This document shows positions 58,355 through 64,000 of a DNA stretch of 64,000 nt, one piece after another (within the stretch, counting starts at the first letter, position 1; every line of letters begins with the position of its first letter). Where the stretch lies: contig MKSY01000026.1 in NCBI GenBank assembly GCA_001897475.1, forward strand, positions 25,324 through 89,323, in the 5' to 3' direction. The notes below the pieces were generated by a model. That model did no database searches. It saw only the letters and a program-made list of their open reading frames with translations, and was not told the origin of the DNA. The stretch comes from Alphaproteobacteria bacterium 43-37 (GTDB lineage Bacteria; Pseudomonadota; Alphaproteobacteria; 43-37). The position numbers and the translations under genes are program-made.

Positions 58355-60038
58355 AGTCTTCAGCCGAACTCAACCGCATTCTTCTGTGTCGCCAATGAGC
58401 GGAGAGCTTGAGAGGACCAAATCGCGTCTTATTATCTTGATGATTGTGTTTTCATTAACTTTTGTTGTTATTGGGTTTCGTTTGGGGCACCTGATGATAT
58501 CAGTAAGTGGTGATGAGCAGGGATTAGAGACGGCGCTTGAAGCCCAGGGGGCTGTTACGAGAGCGGATATTCTAGACAGGAATGGCGTTGTTTTGGCTAC
58601 CAGTTTGGTAACACAGTCACTATATGCAAATCCTAAGGTTATCATGAATCCTGAAGAAGCGGCCAGAATGCTTAATAAAGTATTCCCAGATCTTTCAGTC
58701 CAGAGTTTAAAGGCAAAACTAAGCAGCGATCGTGGGTTCATATGGCTTAAGCGTAATCTGACGCCGGCACAGCAGAATCAAGTATATAATCTCGGTATCC
58801 CAGGGGTATGGTTTCAAAGAGAGGAAAAGAGAGTTTACCCCCATGGTCGTCTGTTCTCGCATGTATTGGGGTGTACAGATGTGGATAACAAGGGCGTTTC
58901 TGGCATAGAGAAATCATTTGATGAAGGTCTGCTCCATGATAAAGACCCACTGCAGTTATCATTGGATACTAGACTGCAACATGTTGTTAAGGATGAAATT
59001 CTGCGAAAAATGGAAGAGTTTAATGCGATTGGCGGCATGGGAATTGTTATGGATGTGCAAACAGGTGAAGTGTTGGCCATGGTTTCTATGCCCGACTATG
59101 ACCCGCATCATATTGGTAAAGCGAAAAAAGATGACTTGTTTAATAATGTAACGTTGGGAGTTTTTGAGCTTGGCTCTAACATGAAAATCCTCACAACGGC
59201 ATTGGCGTTAGAAAGTGGCGCAGTTAATATCGATTCGCGTTATGATATTACGGGGCCATACCGCATTGGTAGATTCAAGGTGAAAGATTATCATCCAAAG
59301 AATATGGTTGCAAATATACCTCAGATTTTTTTGCATTCTTCCAATGTTGGAATGATTAAAATGATTAATGATGTGGGTGTTAAGACGCATCAGGAGTTCT
59401 TGAGAAAATTTGGGCTCTTATCTCCAGCTCTTATTGAGTTGCCTGAGGTGGCTAAGCCTCTCTTGCCAAAAGACTGGCGAGAAGTAAGCTCGATGACTAT
59501 TGCTTATGGTTATGGGCTTGCTATTACGCCTCTTCAAATGGCTAATGCTATTGCTTCAGTGGTCAATGGTGGTATCTTAAGGCGGCCTACTCTGATTATG
59601 AGAAAGGCAGGAGAGGTCCCGACTGGGGTACGAGTGATATCTGAGAAAACATCCTACATCATGCGTGATCTTTTGCGGCTTGTTGTCCAGCATGGAACTG
59701 GCCGTAAGGCGGCAGTGCCAGGTTTTGATGTGGGTGGCAAAACCGGAACGGCTGAAAAACTTTCAGCAACTGGCGGTTATCGTAACAAGGACAACCGGGT
59801 TTCATTTGTATCGGCCTTTCCGATGAAAGACCCTAAATATTTAGTTATGGTCACAATTGATGAGCCAAGAGGAAACAAATCAAGCTTTGGTTTTGCAACG
59901 GCTGGTTGGATTGCTGCGCCTGCAGCTAAGAATATTGTTCAGCGGATTGCCCCGTTGCTAAGAGTGTGTCCAGTAGTGGTTGAGGAAGCAACATCGCCTC
60001 AGTATGAGATTTTTAAAGCCAGCGCGCAGGTTGAATAA
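58344..60038 (+). CDS. ftsI: Peptidoglycan D,D-transpeptidase FtsI (PBP3)
   Basis: It has a TM anchor, a PBP dimerisation domain and transpeptidase motifs (SNVGM..., KTGTA). Confidence 0.9.
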   Translation: MDLKVFSRTQPHSSVSPMSGELERTKSRLIILMIVFSLTFVVIGFRLGHLMISVSGDEQGLETALEAQGAVTRADILDRNGVVLATSLVTQSLYANPKVIMNPEEAARMLNKVFPDLSVQSLKAKLSSDRGFIWLKRNLTPAQQNQVYNLGIPGVWFQREEKRVYPHGRLFSHVLGCTDVDNKGVSGIEKSFDEGLLHDKDPLQLSLDTRLQHVVKDEILRKMEEFNAIGGMGIVMDVQTGEVLAMVSMPDYDPHHIGKAKKDDLFNNVTLGVFELGSNMKILTTALALESGAVNIDSRYDITGPYRIGRFKVKDYHPKNMVANIPQIFLHSSNVGMIKMINDVGVKTHQEFLRKFGLLSPALIELPEVAKPLLPKDWREVSSMTIAYGYGLAITPLQMANAIASVVNGGILRRPTLIMRKAGEVPTGVRVISEKTSYIMRDLLRLVVQHGTGRKAAVPGFDVGGKTGTAEKLSATGGYRNKDNRVSFVSAFPMKDPKYLVMVTIDEPRGNKSSFGFATAGWIAAPAAKNIVQRIAPLLRVCPVVVEEATSPQYEIFKASAQVE

Positions 60039-61513
60039 TGGTTGTGTTGAAAACGGTACTAGATTGGATTGATCATTCACAAGCAACTGAGAAAACGCAT
60101 ACGCCTACTATTACAGATTTAACCTCAGATTCGAGGCAAGTTAAGCCAGGCTGCCTTTTCTTTGCATTGGCCGGAGAGCAAACCTCTGGTGCTTGCTTCA
60201 TCGATGCTGCTATTAAGAATGGTGCAAGCGCAGTGATTGTGGATGAAACTGAGCCTTTGTCGATAATGGAGGAGGCAGTTCCTATCGTCCGTGTGAAAAA
60301 TGCACGGCGAGCATTGGCTAAGATTGCGGGACAATTTTTTGATCCAGGGCCGGAAGCATGCGTTGCTGTAACTGGGACAGATGGCAAAAGCTCTACGGTC
60401 AGCTTTACTAGGCAAATCTGGACATCTGCCGGTTTGAAGGCCGCATCATTGGGGACTTTAGGCCTGGATGCGCCAGATCTGACAGCGTTTGGGCAACCAA
60501 AGTTTGGCCTCACGACACCTGATCCAATCGGTTTGCATAAGTTATTGGGGGCTCTTAAAACGAGTGCTGTAACCCACGTTGCAATGGAAGCATCAAGCCA
60601 TGGGTTAGATCAATTTCGGATAGATGGCGTTCGTTTAAATGCAGCAGGTTTTACCAATTTAAGCCAAGATCATTTAGATTATCATGGTACAATGGAAAAG
60701 TATTTTGAAGCTAAAGCTAGGCTGTTTCATGAAGTACTCTTGCCAGACGGTGTTGCCGTTTTGAATGCAGATATTCCAGAATACGAGGCCTTGATGGCTA
60801 TATGCAAAAAGCGCGGTTTGAAAGTGTTTAATTATGGCCGTAATGCGGCAAGTCTTCGTTTGGAAAAATTGACGGCTTGCGTCCAAGGGTATCAAATTGA
60901 GATCATGGTTTTGGGGAGGCCTCAAGAATTGTTGTTGCCCTTAGTTGGGCAATTCCAAATTTACAATAGTCTTTGCGCTTTGGGTTTGGCTTTGGCTACA
61001 GGGATTAAAGAAGACGTGGCACTAAACGCTCTTACGACATTAAAAGGTGTGGCAGGACGATTACAAAAAGTAGGGACAACCTCAAAGGGCGCGTTGATTT
61101 ATGTTGACTATGCTCACACGCCAGATGCTATGGAAGCTGTTTTGACATCTATGAAGCCACATTGTTTGGGAAAGATGATCTGTGTTTTTGGGTGTGGTGG
61201 GGATCGCGATAGGTTAAAGCGACCACTTATGGGGCGGATCGCTTGCAAGTATGCGGATAGGGTGATTGTAACGGATGATAACCCTCGCAGCGAAGATCCG
61301 GCCTCGATTCGAGGGCAGATTCTCCAGGCTTGTGACGCTAATGCAATTGACATAGGTGGTCGTGAGGATGCTATAAAATACGCCATTGAGCAATCGGGTG
61401 CCAATGATATGGTCCTCATTTTAGGTAAAGGGCATGAGCATGGTCAGATCGTTGGACACCAAGTTCTGCCTTTTGATGATGTTCAAGTTGCGCGCGCATG
61501 TATTGGTTTTTAA
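60038..61513 (+). CDS. murE: UDP-N-acetylmuramoyl-L-alanyl-D-glutamate--2,6-diaminopimelate ligase
   Basis: It has a Mur ligase P-loop (VTGTDGKSST) and a DNPR motif typical of meso-DAP-adding MurE. Confidence 0.9.
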   Translation: MVVLKTVLDWIDHSQATEKTHTPTITDLTSDSRQVKPGCLFFALAGEQTSGACFIDAAIKNGASAVIVDETEPLSIMEEAVPIVRVKNARRALAKIAGQFFDPGPEACVAVTGTDGKSSTVSFTRQIWTSAGLKAASLGTLGLDAPDLTAFGQPKFGLTTPDPIGLHKLLGALKTSAVTHVAMEASSHGLDQFRIDGVRLNAAGFTNLSQDHLDYHGTMEKYFEAKARLFHEVLLPDGVAVLNADIPEYEALMAICKKRGLKVFNYGRNAASLRLEKLTACVQGYQIEIMVLGRPQELLLPLVGQFQIYNSLCALGLALATGIKEDVALNALTTLKGVAGRLQKVGTTSKGALIYVDYAHTPDAMEAVLTSMKPHCLGKMICVFGCGGDRDRLKRPLMGRIACKYADRVIVTDDNPRSEDPASIRGQILQACDANAIDIGGREDAIKYAIEQSGANDMVLILGKGHEHGQIVGHQVLPFDDVQVARACIGF

Positions 61514-61529
61514 AGAGTGAAGTAAGTGT

Positions 61530-62960
61530 ATGTTCTTGGATGAAGTTAGAGTTGCTCTAAAATCCCTTATACAAGATGATAAATCTGTAAAAGCTGATCT
61601 CAATGAGTTGAGTGGTATATCCATTGATTCGCGAACCATTAACCCTGGCGAGATCTTTTTTGCTATTCAGGGGGATGTGACGGATGGTCACTTTTACATA
61701 GCTCAGGCAGTGGAAAAAGAGGCTGGCCTTATTGTGGTTGAAGAAAGCAAAAAGAGCCAAGTTCAGGGGCAACTTGGTCAATGTGCCTACATAAGTGTGA
61801 CAGATACTCTCAAAGCCATGGAAGCTGTTGGACAAGCTATGCGTGAGAAAACGAGGGCACGCATCATTGGTATTACTGGCAGTGTCGGCAAAACCAGTGT
61901 TCGAACGGCGTTAGAAGTTTTACTATCCCGACAGGGGAAAACAACAGCGAGCCAAAAAAGCTTCAACAACCATTGGGGTGTCCCATATAGCCTGTGTCAT
62001 CTTAAAGCTGATGATGCGTATGGGGTTTTCGAAATAGGCATGAATGCCCCAGGAGAAATCAGATGCTTAACACAGCAAATAAAGCCAGATGTGGCTTTGA
62101 TTACTGTTATTGGGGAAGCTCATATTGGTAACCTTGGGTCTATTGAAGCAATTGCTGAGGCTAAATCAGAAATCTTTGATGGGTTGAACCAAAGCCATGG
62201 TATTGCTGTGATCAATGCAGATTCACCCTGTTTTGATATCATGCACCAAAGAGCCCAAGAAGCTGGTGCACAGAAAATCATAACGTTTGGAAAAAGTGGT
62301 TATGCTAATGTGCGTCTTGTGTCGCAAGTGATGGAAGGCGACGGTCGGGATGTGACTGTTGATGTCATGGGGCAAATTGTGACACTGCATCTTCGAATGA
62401 TTGGCTTTCAATGGGTTGAAAACGCTTTAGCCATTATGGCAACCATTGCGGCTGTGGGTGCGGATATTCATCAAGCAGCGCAAGATTTCTCACGGGTCGG
62501 TTTGTTGGATGGCAGAGGAAAGGTGCATCATTTGTCGCTTCGTTTTGGCGGAACATTTACGCTTATTGATGACAGCTATAATGCTAATCCAACGTCTGTT
62601 CGCTCAGCATTAGATACTATTGCTCAAGTGAACGGGCGTCGCATTGTTGCCTTTGCTGACATGCTGGAACTTGGTGATCAGGCTCGAGGTATACACATTG
62701 GGCTTGCACCAAAAGTGATGGAGGCAGGTGTGGATAAGTTTTTTGCCTGTGGCCCTCTCATGGGGGCTTTGTATAGCTATCTGCCAGCGAATATTCAAGG
62801 GGCTTGGAAAGCAAATTCAGGCCAATTATTGGAGCCATTAACCCAAGAAATTCGATCGGGAGATGTGTTGTTGATCAAAGGGTCTAATAGTATGAAAATG
62901 ACGCTGCTGATGGAGCAGATTTGCGCTTTCTATTTAGATCAAAAAGTCCAATCTGCATAA
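61530..62960 (+). CDS. murF: UDP-N-acetylmuramoyl-tripeptide--D-alanyl-D-alanine ligase
   Basis: It has a Mur ligase P-loop (ITGSVGKTS) and follows murE. Confidence 0.9.
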   Translation: MFLDEVRVALKSLIQDDKSVKADLNELSGISIDSRTINPGEIFFAIQGDVTDGHFYIAQAVEKEAGLIVVEESKKSQVQGQLGQCAYISVTDTLKAMEAVGQAMREKTRARIIGITGSVGKTSVRTALEVLLSRQGKTTASQKSFNNHWGVPYSLCHLKADDAYGVFEIGMNAPGEIRCLTQQIKPDVALITVIGEAHIGNLGSIEAIAEAKSEIFDGLNQSHGIAVINADSPCFDIMHQRAQEAGAQKIITFGKSGYANVRLVSQVMEGDGRDVTVDVMGQIVTLHLRMIGFQWVENALAIMATIAAVGADIHQAAQDFSRVGLLDGRGKVHHLSLRFGGTFTLIDDSYNANPTSVRSALDTIAQVNGRRIVAFADMLELGDQARGIHIGLAPKVMEAGVDKFFACGPLMGALYSYLPANIQGAWKANSGQLLEPLTQEIRSGDVLLIKGSNSMKMTLLMEQICAFYLDQKVQSA

Positions 62961-62972
62961 GGAACGCTTAGG

Positions 62973-64000
62973 TATGTTTGTGTATTTATCCACTCTGTTT
63001 TCTGCACATTTTAGCGTTTTGAACGTTTTTAAATATCTTACGTTTCGAACCGGTGGCGCGATATTAACCGCTGTGTTTCTAAGCTTTTATCTTGGCCCTA
63101 AAATTATTTCCTGGCTGAAGTTAAAACAAAAAGAAGGGCAGCCAATTCGAGATGATGGCCCTCAAACTCACTTCCTCAAGCGGGGGACTCCAACTATGGG
63201 CGGGTTGCTGATATTGCTTGTTTTAGTGATCAGTACCGCTCTTTGGTCTGATTGGCACAATTCATTTGTTTGGATTGTTATGGGGGTAACAATATCCTTT
63301 GGCTTGATTGGTGCATGTGACGATTACTTGAAGCTAACTAAACGAAACTCTAAGGGACTTTCTGGGAAAAAGAAGCTGCTGTTGCAAATTTTGTTTGCGA
63401 CGGTTGCCGCATGCCTAATGGCTATCTATCATCCGGCAGGCTTAAAAAATGCTCTGTCAGTACCATTTTTCAAAGATGTCTTATGGCAGTTTGGCTGGGT
63501 TTATACTTTATTCACAGTTTTTGTGATGGTTGGAACATCCAATGCTGTGAATTTAACGGATGGTCTAGATGGCTTGGCGATTGTTCCTGTCATGATTGCG
63601 GCAGGTTGTTTTATGCTGATTGCCTATCTAGTGGGTAACCATGTTTTTGCAAACTATCTTCAGTTGCATTTTATTCCAGGAAGTGGTGAGTTGGCTGTCT
63701 TTTGCGGTGCTCTTGTCGGTGCTGGGATTGGGTTCTTATGGTTTAATGCGCCGCCGGCACAGGTGTTTATGGGAGATACTGGATCTTTGGCGACGGGTGC
63801 AGCTTTAGGGGCCATTAGTGTCGTCACCAAGCATGAAATCGTCTTATCCATTATTGGTGGGCTTTTTGTATTGGAGGCTGTCTCAGTTATGGCCCAAGTG
63901 ATGTATTATAAGATCACTAAGAAAAGAATATTTTTGATGGCCCCAATTCACCACCATTTTGAAAAGAAAGGATGGGCGGAGCCAACAATTGTGATAAGAT
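62973..64000 (+). CDS. mraY: Phospho-N-acetylmuramoyl-pentapeptide-transferase, 5' partial (runs off the window)
   Basis: Manual translation gives [48 protein letters not shown]...[18 protein letters not shown], the canonical MraY N-terminus. It is not in the ORF track because there is no in-window stop. Confidence 0.85.

Noticed and set aside
1-64000. Searched for CRISPR arrays, rRNA genes and IS or transposase genes.
   Set aside because: No regularly spaced short direct repeats were seen, nor rRNA-like conserved blocks or DDE or serine-transposase ORFs. The only mobile element recognised is the prophage and its remnant.

Overview
The host backbone looks like an alphaproteobacterium of the Hyphomicrobiales/Bartonella type, with estimated GC around 40%. 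At the left are a cysteine desulfurase, an Rrf2 regulator, an alpha/beta hydrolase and rpmJ. At the right are tRNA-Val, hupB, lon, Smr, a methyltransferase, an epimerase, a GST, uppP, brnQ and the dcw cluster mraZ-rsmH-ftsL-ftsI-murE-murF-mraY. Positions 8570-47243 hold a roughly 38.7 kb prophage that appears complete. It sits in the 3' end of tRNA-Val(TAC) and is bounded by direct repeats that include a 50-bp exact tRNA core. By gene content it is a temperate T7-like (Autographiviridae-type) podovirus. It carries a single-subunit T7-type RNA polymerase, a gp2.5-like SSB, endonuclease I, a gp4-like primase-helicase, a family-A DNA polymerase and a gp6-like exonuclease. It also carries a portal, scaffold, gp10-like capsid, tail tubular proteins A and B, internal virion proteins, two fiber-like proteins, a small and a large terminase, and a P4-type tyrosine integrase. 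Compared with T7 the gene order is circularly permuted by integration between the gene-6 and gene-8 positions. Accessory cargo is interleaved with the conserved modules. There is a HigBA toxin-antitoxin pair and several AT-rich, opposite-strand morons. A lysis cassette (holin plus GH24 lysozyme) lies between gp15 and gp16. At the predicted phage genome ends there is a cargo island, facing the RNAP gene, that holds a Gly-rich secreted membrane protein, a lone tyrosine-recombinase catalytic domain and a LysR regulator. Left of attL (about 2.8-8.6 kb) is an AT-rich accessory island. It carries a patatin-like phospholipase, two secreted proteins, a LuxR-type regulator and a Panacea-domain protein. 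It also contains a deleted relic of a second gp10-like capsid gene and an att-like repeat, which points to an older tandem prophage that has decayed. No CRISPR array, rRNA gene or IS element was seen.
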